A DNA stretch of 64,000 nucleotides, taken from positions 1,152,001 through 1,216,000 of the forward strand of contig CAVUMN010000004.1 of assembly GCA_963742735.1 (NCBI GenBank). The letters are read 5' to 3'. Shown piece by piece: positions 1 through 9,506 of this stretch. Under the pieces are notes generated by a model. That model did not search any database and was not told the DNA's origin. It was given only the letters and a program-made list of their open reading frames with translations. The position numbers were made by a program, and so were the translations under genes. Position 1 is the stretch's first letter, and each line of letters opens with the position of its first letter. The DNA is from an uncultured Actinomycetes bacterium. GTDB lineage: Bacteria > Actinomycetota > UBA4738 > JBBDTT01.

Positions 1-565
1 CCGCCCCGACGTCGAGGTCACCATCCTGCGCTTCGCGAACTTCATGGGCCCGGAGATCGAGACGCCGCTCACCCGGTACTTCGCCCTGCCGATCGTCCCG
101 ACGGCCCTGGGCTACGACCCGCGCCTGCAGTTCCTGCACGAGCAGGACGCCATCGAGGTCATGCGCCGCGCCACGCGCGAGGACCACCCCGGGATCTTCA
201 ACGTCTCCGGCGACGGGATCGTGCTGCTCTCCCAGGCCCTGCGGCTGATGGGGCGGCCGCGGATCCCGCTGATCCTGCCCCTGGTGTCGCCCGTGGCGAG
301 CCTGGTCCGCCGGTTCGGGCTGGTGGACTTCGCGACCGACCAGCTGCAGTTCATGCTGTTCGGGCGCGTGGCCGACAACGAGCGCCTGAAGCGCGAGTTC
401 GCCTTCGAGCCGGAGTTCACCTCGAAGGGCGCGCTGCTGGACTACGCGCGGGGCAAGCGGATCAGCCGGGTGCTCGACCCGAACAAGCTCAACGAGTGGG
501 AGCGCGAGGTCAACTCCTTCCTGCGCCGCAAGGGCCAGGAGCGCTTCCAGAAGACGCGGACGTGA
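1..565 (+). CDS. NAD-dependent epimerase/dehydratase family protein (Rv0501-like), 5' truncated by window edge
   Basis: ILRFANFMGP, LGYDPRLQFLHEQDA and GIFNVSGDG are typical of the actinobacterial extended SDR; it lies next to an Rv0502-like acyltransferase. Confidence 0.8.
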   Translation, partial: RPDVEVTILRFANFMGPEIETPLTRYFALPIVPTALGYDPRLQFLHEQDAIEVMRRATREDHPGIFNVSGDGIVLLSQALRLMGRPRIPLILPLVSPVASLVRRFGLVDFATDQLQFMLFGRVADNERLKREFAFEPEFTSKGALLDYARGKRISRVLDPNKLNEWEREVNSFLRRKGQERFQKTRT

Positions 566-579
566 GGGGAGAGGCGGAC

Positions 580-1593
580 ATGGCTCAGGTCATCTCGCTG
601 CCCACCGCGCGTGGGGAGGACCGCTGCCAGGCGACCACGGCCGCGGGCAAGCGGTGCCGCAACCGAGCCATCGACGCCACCGGCTTCTGCCGGGTCCACC
701 AGAAGGAAGCGGTCGAGCGGGCCGCGGTCGGGCTGGAGGAGCGATCCGGCGGACTCTTCGACTCCGATACGTTCCGCGAGGCCCTCGAGCTGATCCGCCG
801 GCGATCCAACGGCCAGTACGAGGTGGACGAGTTCGGCTTCGACCCCGAGCTCACCGAGAAGATCCTCATGCCGATCGCCCGGCCGCTCTACGAGAAGTGG
901 TGGCGCGTGGATTGGGTCGGGATGGACAACGTCCCGGACGAGGGCTCGGCGCTGTTGGTCTCCAACCACGCCGGCACGGTCCCGTGGGACGCCATCGTCA
1001 TGAAGTTCGGGATCCTCGACGTCCACCCCGCGCACCGGCACGTGCGGCTGCTGGCCGCGGACCTCGCGTTCAAGATGCCGTTCGTCGGCCCGCTGGCCCG
1101 GAAGTCGGGCAACACACTCGCCACGTCGGCGGACACGTACCGGCTGCTGGCCTCGGGCGAGCTCCTCGGCGTGTTCCCCGAGGGCTACAAGGGCGTGGGC
1201 AAGGCCTTCAAGGACCGGTATCGGCTGCAGCGGTTCGGCCGCGGCGGGTTCATCGAGACGGCGCTGCGAACGAAGACCCCGATCGTCCCGGTCTCGATCG
1301 TCGGCTCCGAGGAGATCCACCCGATGATCTACAACTTCCGCGCCCTGGCGAGGGCCGGCGGGTTCCCGTACTTCCCGATCACGCCGACGTTCCCGCTGCT
1401 GGGCCCGCTCGGCCTGATCCCGCTGCCGTCGAAGTGGATCGTCGAGTTCGGCGACCCGATCCCCACCGAGGACTACCCCGACGACGCCTGGCAGGACTCG
1501 ATGCTGGTCTTCAACCTCACCGACCAGGTACGCGACGTCATCCAGCAGACCTTGTACAAGAACCTGATGGCCCGCCGCTCCACGTTTTTCTAG
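580..1593 (+). CDS. Lysophospholipid/glycerol acyltransferase (Rv0502-like) with N-terminal CCCH zinc-finger-like segment
   Basis: ATG at 580 after GGAGAGG; SNHAGTVPWD (NHxxxxD-like) and VFPEG motifs; YEVDEFGFDPE; N-terminal CQATTAAGKRC-x10-CRVH. Confidence 0.85.
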   Translation: MAQVISLPTARGEDRCQATTAAGKRCRNRAIDATGFCRVHQKEAVERAAVGLEERSGGLFDSDTFREALELIRRRSNGQYEVDEFGFDPELTEKILMPIARPLYEKWWRVDWVGMDNVPDEGSALLVSNHAGTVPWDAIVMKFGILDVHPAHRHVRLLAADLAFKMPFVGPLARKSGNTLATSADTYRLLASGELLGVFPEGYKGVGKAFKDRYRLQRFGRGGFIETALRTKTPIVPVSIVGSEEIHPMIYNFRALARAGGFPYFPITPTFPLLGPLGLIPLPSKWIVEFGDPIPTEDYPDDAWQDSMLVFNLTDQVRDVIQQTLYKNLMARRSTFF

Positions 1594-1630
1594 GGGCCAA
1601 CGGCGGGATCGGCGCCGGCAGCCTCCGAGA

Positions 1631-1848
1631 GCCCACTCACGGAATATCGCAAGGCCGCTATATCTGCCGATGGCGCGGGCGCCGTCCGAGATTTCAGGAC
1701 CCTTTCCGGAAGGCTCTGGCGGCTCGAGAAACATGTACGCGAACGCGGAGCCGTTCGCCGGCCCTCGAGGTCCACTCCGGGGCGCTCGGACCTTCTGAGC
1801 GGCCCTTTTTCGGCGCCATAGCGGAAGTGCGATATTCCGTGAGTGGGC
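1631..1848. repeat. Intergenic element with ~31-bp terminal inverted repeats (MITE/REP-like)
   Basis: 1631-1651 GCCCACTCACGGAATATCGCA is the exact reverse complement of 1828-1848; the match extends after 3 mismatches with CCGCTAT (1655-1661) / ATAGCGG (1818-1824). Confidence 0.8.
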
Positions 1849-1954
1849 GTTCGAGGGGCCTCGCCCCCCCTCGGCCTCGTCACACACGATGTGACCGGAT
1901 CCGCGTCGATGGGTACATACCCCTGTGGCGTCCTCCGACGGACGGAGATTCCTC

Positions 1955-2191
1955 ATGGCTCAGCAGAATCCGAGCACCGAGGGCTACGGCCGCTCGTGGA
2001 CGAACTGGATCTGGGTCTACCTCATCGCCGCGGCGGTCATCTACGGGATCGTCTACTTCGCATTCATGCGTGATTCCGGCGGCGGCTCAAGCGGTGGCGG
2101 AACCGGGAACACCGGCGGCACCGGCTACATGCTGTTCGTGTTGGCGCCCACGCTGTTCGAGCGGATACGCGCGGCCTTCAGGCGCCGGTAG
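1955..2191 (+). CDS. Small membrane protein with Gly/Ser-rich linker
   Basis: GGAG RBS then ATG 1955; hydrophobic helix WIWVYLIAAAVIYGIVYFAF; host-like codon usage. Confidence 0.65.
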   Translation: MAQQNPSTEGYGRSWTNWIWVYLIAAAVIYGIVYFAFMRDSGGGSSGGGTGNTGGTGYMLFVLAPTLFERIRAAFRRR

Positions 2192-2249
2192 CTCGTTGGC
2201 CGGCATCGCAGGGCCGAGGCGCGCATGGAGTGCCTCGGTCCTGCATCGC

Positions 2250-2855
2250 ATGAGAGTTCATGACCGAAGCTCGCGGCACCTCAGCGTGCTACTGGCAACT
2301 TCTCTTATCGCTATGTCCAGGTGCGCGTCGAATGGCGAACAGGGCCGGCTGGGGCTGGCAAGCGCGTCAACCGTAACGAGTTGGGGCGATGTCCTCGGTT
2401 CTGGCTGTCCTGAGGATTGGTCCTATCGTGCGACCGATGCTGGGAGCGCAGACGTCCTCTTTGCTCCTGAGGCGGACCCGCCTGGAGGCCCCTCAGTGAT
2501 TGTGGCGGTTTCTCCGCACACCTTGAGTCTCTTTCCCTCCGCGAAGACTCCTCGAGAATTCATGGAAGCCCTGTCCGGTCCTCAGCAGTGGTCACTGGCG
2601 AATGTCCGCTCTGGAACCTGGCTTGATACCGAGGTTGTGGTGGCTGACTACACCGCGCCGAGAAGGGTTGGACGGGTCGTAGTCGCGCGTGGAGCCTATG
2701 AGTCCGAGGCCAGCTGGCTCGTCTTTGAGGTCACGGCGGATCCGGACGAGATCGACGCATACGAAGCAGTTCTCGACGGCTTCGCGCCGCGTACCTTCGA
2801 TGTTGATCTCCCTACCCCGGACATCCCCTCGCCCGTCTGGGTGCCGTGCCCCTGA
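2250..2855 (+). CDS. Hypothetical secreted or lipoprotein-like protein in a lower-GC segment
   Basis: C-terminal part of ORF 654..2855; hydrophobic N-terminus followed by Cys; atypical codon usage; start uncertain. Confidence 0.4.
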   Translation: MRVHDRSSRHLSVLLATSLIAMSRCASNGEQGRLGLASASTVTSWGDVLGSGCPEDWSYRATDAGSADVLFAPEADPPGGPSVIVAVSPHTLSLFPSAKTPREFMEALSGPQQWSLANVRSGTWLDTEVVVADYTAPRRVGRVVVARGAYESEASWLVFEVTADPDEIDAYEAVLDGFAPRTFDVDLPTPDIPSPVWVPCP

Positions 2856-2859
2856 CGCG

Positions 2860-3261
2860 TCAGGCCGTCGCGCAGCTGCAGGGGTCGACGATCTCCTCGC
2901 CGTCCCCAGGCGCAGGACACGGCTTCGGCCGGCACCGGACCTCGATGACGACCTCGGCCCCTTCGTCCAGGAGGGTCCCCGGCGAGGGCGCTTGCGCCGC
3001 CACCCGGTCGTCCAGCGGCGCCTCTCCCGCGGGCGTCACGCGATACCGCAAGCCCACACCCTCCAGCGTCGCGATGGCCTCGCCCCGTGAGAGCCCCGTC
3101 AGGTCGCGCAGGATGATCCGGTCGTCGCCCGTCAGCCCCGGCCCGGGGAACTCGCGGGGCTTGTCCTTCACCAGCACCACCTGGTAGATCGTCGCGGCCG
3201 TCAACGCGGCGAACAGCGCGATGATCGTGATCAGCGTGAACCGCCGCATGGGCAGGGCCAC
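2860..3261 (-). CDS. Membrane-anchored PASTA domain protein
   Basis: N-terminal TM; DLTGLSRGEAIATLEGVGL...VAAQAPSPGTLLDEGAEVVIEV is the PASTA pattern; Cys-rich tail. Confidence 0.75.
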   Translation of the reverse strand: MALPMRRFTLITIIALFAALTAATIYQVVLVKDKPREFPGPGLTGDDRIILRDLTGLSRGEAIATLEGVGLRYRVTPAGEAPLDDRVAAQAPSPGTLLDEGAEVVIEVRCRPKPCPAPGDGEEIVDPCSCATA

Positions 3262-3265
3262 GGGC

Positions 3266-4066
3266 TCAGGTGGTGACGACGCCGAGCCGCGTCTCGCAGA
3301 AATCCCGGTTCTTCACCATCGTCTCGACCAGCGCGTCCTCGTCCTTCAACCACGACCGCAGGTCGAGCTCGATCGAGACCGCCCCGGAGAACCGCTCGGC
3401 GGCAAGCTTTTCAAGGAAGGCGTCCATGGGAAGGATGCCGTCGTATACCGGCAGATGGCTGTCCCATCCCTTTCCGGCGTTGTTGGAGACATGAACGTGC
3501 ACGAGCTTGTCCCGGTAGCGCTCGTACGCATCGAGGATGTCGATCCTCGAGACGGCGGCGTGACTGGTGTCCAGGACCAGATAGGGGTACCGGTCCAGGT
3601 CATCGAACTCCTGACCTGCATGGAACGACAGCCCGCGCTCGCCGCGAACCTTCACCGGGAACATGTTCTCCACCGCGATCGTCACGCCGCTGCGTGCCGA
3701 CAGCTCGGTCAGGCTGTTCTCGATCCAGCGGCGGTAGCGGACCTGCCACTTGTAGGGCGGGTGAGCCACGACCGTCGAGGCCCCCACCTCCTGCGCTACC
3801 TGGACCGAGCGGTAGATCTTGGCGATCGGGTCGGTGCTCCACACCCGGCGTGTGAACAACAACATCGGCGCGTGGATCGTCTCGATCGTCAGGCCGTGGT
3901 CCTCCGCGAGCCCGCGCAGCAGGTGCGGCTCCTGGGTCGCGGGATCGGCCGTGACCATGATCTCCACGGACGAGTACCCCGCCGCCGAGATGTGACGGAA
4001 CGCGTCACGCAGGGGGTGGCGGAAGAAGGGGGCCGTGCTGAACTGAAGCTTTGGACCGGTGCTCAC
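3266..4066 (-). CDS. Sugar phosphate isomerase/epimerase (AP endonuclease 2 TIM barrel, Rv0498-like)
   Basis: IHAP, VVAHPP, IAVENMFP, VLDTSHA, HVHVSN and DSHLP metal-binding motifs. Confidence 0.85.
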   Translation of the reverse strand: MSTGPKLQFSTAPFFRHPLRDAFRHISAAGYSSVEIMVTADPATQEPHLLRGLAEDHGLTIETIHAPMLLFTRRVWSTDPIAKIYRSVQVAQEVGASTVVAHPPYKWQVRYRRWIENSLTELSARSGVTIAVENMFPVKVRGERGLSFHAGQEFDDLDRYPYLVLDTSHAAVSRIDILDAYERYRDKLVHVHVSNNAGKGWDSHLPVYDGILPMDAFLEKLAAERFSGAVSIELDLRSWLKDEDALVETMVKNRDFCETRLGVVTT

Positions 4067-4158
4067 GTGTTGTGGGCCTCTCTGGTCGGACGAATCTATT
4101 CTAGGGCCGGGGTCGGGAACGGCCCGGGAACGGTGGCGCCCCGTATGGAGGCTTCTGC

Positions 4159-6222
4159 GTGAACGGCCCGCGTAAGGCGCTCGACCGGATCCGCGAGGAG
4201 CGACGCGTCCGGCGCGACTTCGAGAAGCTCATCGAGACCGGCGAGTTCCGCGAGATCACGACCAGCTGGGTGGGCGACCGCGAGCGTCGTCCCTCGATCT
4301 GGAGCCGAGGCAAGGGCTGGTGGATCAAGCGGATCGCGCTGGTGACCGTGCTCGCCCTGATCGTCTCCACGCTGGTGTTCCTCTACGCCCCCCTGCCGTT
4401 CGACCCGCCGGCGCCGCTGCAGACCGTGTTCGTCTACGACCGGGACCACAACGTGATCGCTCGGATCCGGCCCGACGAGGACCGAATCGTCCTGCCGCTG
4501 GAGAAGATCCCCCAGCGGGTCCGCGACGCGGTCATCGCCTCCGAGGACGCCCGCTTCTACCACCACGGCGGCGTCGACTTCCTCGCGATCCTGCGCGCCG
4601 CCTGGAACGACCTCCGCGGCAAGCCGATCCAGGGCGGGAGCACACTCACCCAACAGCTCGTGAAGGAGTACTACGTCGGCAACGAGCGCACCCTGTGGCG
4701 AAAGATCCGCGAGGCCGCGCTCTCCCTGCGCCTGGAGCGGAAGTACACGAAGGACGAGATCCTGGAGCAGTACCTGAACGTCATCTACCTGGGCGAGCAG
4801 GCCTACGGCGTCGAGGCGGCGGCCCGCCGCTACTTCGGGAAGTCCATCCGGGACGTGACGGTGGCCGAGGCCGCCCTGCTGGCGAGCATCGCCCCCGCCC
4901 CGGCGCGGTACAACCCCCGCGAGGACCTCGAGGCCGCCCGAGTGCGGCGGGACCGCGTCCTGCAGCGGATGGTGGTCAACGACTTCATCACCGGCGACCA
5001 GGCGAGCGCGGCGCGGGCCGAGGAGATCCGGCTGGTCCAGCCGAAACCCCCGCCGTCGAAGGCCCCGATCTTCGTGCAGTTCGTCAAGGAGGCGCTCGTC
5101 GCCGAGCACGGCCAGGACGCGCTCGACAAGTCCGGTGCCCGGATCACGACCACCCTCGACCTGGACCTGCAGCGCGCCGCCCAGGCGGCCATCGACGAGA
5201 CCCTCACGGAGGAGGACGACCCGGCCGCGGCGCTGGTGGCCATCGACGTCCGGACCGGCGGCATCCTGGCCATGGCCCAGCGCGGGCCGCAGTACTACAA
5301 CCTGGCCGCGCGGGCCGACCGTCAGGCCGGCTCGGCGTTCAAGCCGTTCGTCCTGGCCGCCGCGCTGGACGAGGGGATCAACGAGTACGACTACTACAGC
5401 GCGCCCTCCACGATCACCATCGGGGACTGGAGCCCGACCAACTACGACGGGAGCTCGTACGGGACGGTGAGCGTCCGGACGGCCACGATCAGCTCGATCA
5501 ACACCGCCTACGCCCAGATCATCGAGGACACCGGCGCCGTGGACGTGGCCGACATGGCCCACGCCCTGGGCATCCAGAGCCCGCTCAACGAGGACCTGAC
5601 CCTCACCCTCGGGACCGCGCCGGTCTCGCCGCTGGAGATGACCACCGCGTACGCGACGTTCGCCGCCCGGGGGATCCGTCGGATCCCGAGCGCGATCCAG
5701 GAGGCGGTGGACGGCGACGGCGAGGACATCGAGCGCATCGAGTCGAACGGCAACCGCGTCATCGGCGAGAACCTCGCCGGCCGGGTGACCGAGATCCTCC
5801 AGGACGTCGTGGCCTACGGGACCGGGACCCGTGCCCGTCTCGACGGCTACGCCGCCGCGGGCAAGACCGGCACGACGAACAGCAACCGCGACGCGTGGTT
5901 CTGCGGCTACACCTCCGAGGTCGCGGCGTGCGTGTGGATGGGCTACACGCCGGTGGACGGCCAGATCCGGCCGATGGACAGCGTCCACGGCATCTCGGTC
6001 TCGGGGGGCTCGTTCCCCGCCGAGATCTGGAACCGGTTCATGTCTCGGGTCCCGACGCCGGAGACGGACCTGGAGGGCGCCGAGGTCGCGCCCGTCCCGG
6101 GGCCGTCCTCCTCGCCGACCGAGACGCCCTCCGGCGGGCCGGGGCCGAGCACGCCGCCGACGACGGACCCGACGGTCTCGCCGTCGCCCACCCGGGACTG
6201 TGGCATCCTGCCCATCTGTTGA
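4159..6222 (+). CDS. Class A penicillin-binding protein (transglycosylase/transpeptidase)
   Basis: EDARFYHHGG, GGSTLTQQLVK, RKIREA; SxxK (GSAFKP), SxN (SIN) and KTG motifs. Confidence 0.95.
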   Translation: MNGPRKALDRIREERRVRRDFEKLIETGEFREITTSWVGDRERRPSIWSRGKGWWIKRIALVTVLALIVSTLVFLYAPLPFDPPAPLQTVFVYDRDHNVIARIRPDEDRIVLPLEKIPQRVRDAVIASEDARFYHHGGVDFLAILRAAWNDLRGKPIQGGSTLTQQLVKEYYVGNERTLWRKIREAALSLRLERKYTKDEILEQYLNVIYLGEQAYGVEAAARRYFGKSIRDVTVAEAALLASIAPAPARYNPREDLEAARVRRDRVLQRMVVNDFITGDQASAARAEEIRLVQPKPPPSKAPIFVQFVKEALVAEHGQDALDKSGARITTTLDLDLQRAAQAAIDETLTEEDDPAAALVAIDVRTGGILAMAQRGPQYYNLAARADRQAGSAFKPFVLAAALDEGINEYDYYSAPSTITIGDWSPTNYDGSSYGTVSVRTATISSINTAYAQIIEDTGAVDVADMAHALGIQSPLNEDLTLTLGTAPVSPLEMTTAYATFAARGIRRIPSAIQEAVDGDGEDIERIESNGNRVIGENLAGRVTEILQDVVAYGTGTRARLDGYAAAGKTGTTNSNRDAWFCGYTSEVAACVWMGYTPVDGQIRPMDSVHGISVSGGSFPAEIWNRFMSRVPTPETDLEGAEVAPVPGPSSSPTETPSGGPGPSTPPTTDPTVSPSPTRDCGILPIC

Positions 6223-7217
6223 GCGAGCAGGACAACCTCCCGGCGTGGAACGGTCGCGGTGGCCACTACGAGGCCTGGTACCTGACGTTCACCGACCCCG
6301 CCACGCGCACCGGCTACTGGATCCGCTCAACGCTGCACGCGCCGTCCGGGGGAGGTGAGCCCGAGGCGCGCGTGTGGTTCGCGCGCTTCGACCACGACCG
6401 GCCCGAGCGGACCTTCGGGCTCAACCGCGGATACCCGATCCGGGAGTGGGCCTCGGAGCCCTCGGCGTTCGAGGTCCGCATCGGCGAGACGCTCCTCCGC
6501 TCGGGACGGCTGAGCGGGGCGCTCGAAGGCGACGGGCACTCCGCCAAGTGGGATCTGGACTTCGAGGCCGGGGGACCGACGTACCGGATGCTCCCCGACG
6601 CGCTGTACCGGGGTTCGCTCGCGCCCAGCAAGCCGTACAGTCCGAACCCCGACACGCGGTTCACCGGGACCATCGAGGTCGACGGCGAGACGATCCCGCT
6701 CGACGCCGTTCCCGGGCAGCAGGGCCACGTGTACGGGTCGCGCCACGCCGAGCGGTGGGCGTGGGCACAGTGCAACGACTTCGACGGCGACCCGCGGACC
6801 GTCCTGGTCGGGCTGGTGGCCCAGGGCCGCCGGGGCCCGCTGCTGACGCCGCACACGAGCTTCGTCGGGCTTCGCCGGAACGGCGAGTGGCTCCGCTTCC
6901 GCGGCGTGTCCCGCCGCAAGGACTGGTCGCTCGGGGTCTGGCGGATCGCCCTGAGCGGCAAGCGTCACCGGCTGGTGGGCTCGGTCCGGGTCGTGCCCGA
7001 GCGGATGGTCCGGGCCCGGTACACCGACCCCGACGGGACCGCCCGCTACTGCCACAACAGCGAGGTGTCGTCCTGCCAGCTGACGCTCCTGGAGCGCCGC
7101 GCCGGCGGCTACGAGGAGGTCGCCGAGCTCATCTCGGACGGACGGGTCCACGCCGAGTGGGGCGGGATGACGCCGGCCGAGGCCGTCCTCCACGACCACG
7201 TCGTGATCCCCGGCTAG
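6219..7217 (+). CDS. Tocopherol cyclase/AttH-like beta-fold protein
   Basis: TTG start overlaps PBP stop (TTGA); HYEAWYLTF, GYWIRSTL and QGHVYGSRHAERWAWAQCN. Confidence 0.6.
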   Translation: MSEQDNLPAWNGRGGHYEAWYLTFTDPATRTGYWIRSTLHAPSGGGEPEARVWFARFDHDRPERTFGLNRGYPIREWASEPSAFEVRIGETLLRSGRLSGALEGDGHSAKWDLDFEAGGPTYRMLPDALYRGSLAPSKPYSPNPDTRFTGTIEVDGETIPLDAVPGQQGHVYGSRHAERWAWAQCNDFDGDPRTVLVGLVAQGRRGPLLTPHTSFVGLRRNGEWLRFRGVSRRKDWSLGVWRIALSGKRHRLVGSVRVVPERMVRARYTDPDGTARYCHNSEVSSCQLTLLERRAGGYEEVAELISDGRVHAEWGGMTPAEAVLHDHVVIPG

Positions 7218-7251
7218 ACTCGGTCCCGAACATGCCTCGGTCCCTCCGCCC

Positions 7252-8823
7252 ATGACGGACGCGCCCCGCAACGTCTCCGACCTCCTGGCCGGGACGGCGG
7301 CCCGCCTTCCCGACAAGCCCGCGCTGATCTTCCGCGACCGCCCCATCGACTACGCCGACGTCGAGTTCCGCGTGGGCCGCGCCGCGGCGGCGCTCGCCGG
7401 GCTGGGGGTGTCCAGGGGCGACCGCGTCGCGCTGCTGCTGGGCAACATCCCCGAGTTCGTCTACGCCTTCTACGGGACGCTGCGCGCCGGCGGGGTGGTC
7501 TCGCCGCTGAACGTGATGCTCACCCCCGAGGAGATCGGCTACATCCTGGCCGACTCGGGCGCGCGGGTGATCGTCTGCGAGATCGGCACGCTCCCCACGG
7601 TCCTGGCCGTCCGCGACCGGCTGGCCTCGCTCGAGCACGTCCTGGTCGTGGGCGGGCCCCCCGCGCCGGCGGGGACCGAGGCCTTCGAGTCGGTCCTGGA
7701 GCGCGCCGGCGAGCCGCCGCAGGTCGAGACGTCCCCCGACGACCTCGCGGTCATCGCCTACACCTCCGGCACGACGTCGAGCCCGAAGGGGGCGATGCTC
7801 ACCCACGCCAACCTGCTGGCGAACCTCGAGCAGATGGAGGGCGTGACGCTGCTCGCCGAGGCCGAGCAGGACGTGGTGCTGCTCGTCCTTCCCCTGTTCC
7901 ACATCTACGCGCTGAACGTGATCCTGGGGCTCACCATGAAGGTGGGCGCCACCGCGATCCTCGTCGAGCGGTTCGACCCGGCGGAGACCACCGACCTGAT
8001 CGCCCGTCACGGCGCCACCGTCCTGTTCGGCGCGCCGCCCATGTTCGTGGCCTGGCTCGGGCTGCCGGGTGGCGAGTACGACCTGTCCTCGGTCCGGATC
8101 GCCGTCTCGGGGGCGGCCCCGCTGCCGGGCGAGGTCCTCGAGGCGTTCCGCGAGCGGTTCGGGCCCACGATCTGGGAGGGCTACGGCCTGACCGAGACCG
8201 CGCCGGCCGTGACCTCCAACGCCCTCGGCCAGGTGGCGAAGCCGAACTCGATCGGGCTCGCGCTTCCCGGGGTCGAGCTGCGCATCGTCGACGAGCACGA
8301 CGAGGACGTCCTGGAGGACGACCCCGGCGAGATCCTGGTCCGGGGGCCGAACCTGTTCGCGGGGTACTGGAACCGTCCCGAGGAGACCGAGGCCGTGATC
8401 CGTGACGGCTGGTTCCACACTGGCGACGTCGCCTACCGTGACGACGACGGCTACCTGTTCATCGTCGATCGAAAGAAGGACCTGATCATCGTGTCGGGCT
8501 TCAACGTCTTCCCGAAGGAGGTCGAGGACGCGATCGCGTCGCACCCCCGCATCGCCGAGGCGGCCGTCGTCGGCGTGCCGGACGAGCGCACCGGCGAGGC
8601 CGTGAAGGCGCTGGTGGTGGTGGCCCCCGGGCAGTCGATCTCCGAGGACGAGCTCAACGACCACCTCCACGGCACGCTGGCTCGGTTCAAGTGGCCGCGG
8701 CAGATCGAGTTCGTGGACGAGCTCCCGAAGCTCGTCACGGGCAAGGTGCTCCGCCGCGCGCTCCGCGGGGAGGAGATGCTCGGCGGGGCCGAGGTCCGGG
8801 CCGAGGAGGCCCCGGCCCCGTGA
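7252..8823 (+). CDS. Long-chain fatty acid--CoA ligase
   Basis: YTSGTTSSPKG, EGYGLTET, GWFHTGD, DRKKDLI and LPKLVTGK adenylation motifs. Confidence 0.95.
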   Translation: MTDAPRNVSDLLAGTAARLPDKPALIFRDRPIDYADVEFRVGRAAAALAGLGVSRGDRVALLLGNIPEFVYAFYGTLRAGGVVSPLNVMLTPEEIGYILADSGARVIVCEIGTLPTVLAVRDRLASLEHVLVVGGPPAPAGTEAFESVLERAGEPPQVETSPDDLAVIAYTSGTTSSPKGAMLTHANLLANLEQMEGVTLLAEAEQDVVLLVLPLFHIYALNVILGLTMKVGATAILVERFDPAETTDLIARHGATVLFGAPPMFVAWLGLPGGEYDLSSVRIAVSGAAPLPGEVLEAFRERFGPTIWEGYGLTETAPAVTSNALGQVAKPNSIGLALPGVELRIVDEHDEDVLEDDPGEILVRGPNLFAGYWNRPEETEAVIRDGWFHTGDVAYRDDDGYLFIVDRKKDLIIVSGFNVFPKEVEDAIASHPRIAEAAVVGVPDERTGEAVKALVVVAPGQSISEDELNDHLHGTLARFKWPRQIEFVDELPKLVTGKVLRRALRGEEMLGGAEVRAEEAPAP

Positions 8824-9506
8824 TCGTCTTTCCGTCGGCGGCGACGCTCGTGGCGACGGTGTTCACCGTCATGCTCGCCCGCGACTACGTCCGCTCGCGC
8901 CGACCCTTCCACGCCCTGTGGGCGCTGGCGATGCTGCTGTTCGCCGGCGCCTCGCTCGCGCTGTTCCTCGGGGTGCTCGACGGCTGGTCCGAGCTCGAGT
9001 TCCGCGCGTACTGGCTGCTCGGGGCGGTGCTGACCGTCCCGTTCCTGGCGATGGGGGAGCTGTACCTGCTCGTCCCCAGGCGCTGGGTGAACACCCTGCT
9101 GATGGTGCTCCTGCTGGCGGGGACGGCGGTGGCGGTCGCCACCGTTCGCACCGCCGACATCGACGCGTCGCACCTCGCCTCGGACCTCCCGCTGGGCAAG
9201 GAAGTGTTCGGCGAGGAGTCCACCGCCCGGCTTTTCTCGATCTGGTACGGCTACCCGGCGTACTTCGTCCTGCTCGGCGGCACCCTGTGGTCGGCCATGC
9301 GGATCCGCGGCCGCGCCGAGATGCGGGACCGGTTCCTGGGGACGCTGCTGATCGCCGCCGGCTCGACGATCGTGTTCATCGCCTCCGGCGTCGGGGCCGG
9401 CCTCGGCAACTTCGTGGTCTTCTCGGTGGGGCTGGCCGCGGGCGTGACGGTCATGTTCATGGGGTTCCTGCGGGCCACGCGCCGGCCCGCCGAGGCCGCC
9501 GCCTGA
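8820..9506 (+). CDS. Multi-pass membrane protein of unknown function
   Basis: GTGA overlap with the ligase stop; 6-7 hydrophobic segments. Confidence 0.75.
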   Translation: MIVFPSAATLVATVFTVMLARDYVRSRRPFHALWALAMLLFAGASLALFLGVLDGWSELEFRAYWLLGAVLTVPFLAMGELYLLVPRRWVNTLLMVLLLAGTAVAVATVRTADIDASHLASDLPLGKEVFGEESTARLFSIWYGYPAYFVLLGGTLWSAMRIRGRAEMRDRFLGTLLIAAGSTIVFIASGVGAGLGNFVVFSVGLAAGVTVMFMGFLRATRRPAEAAA

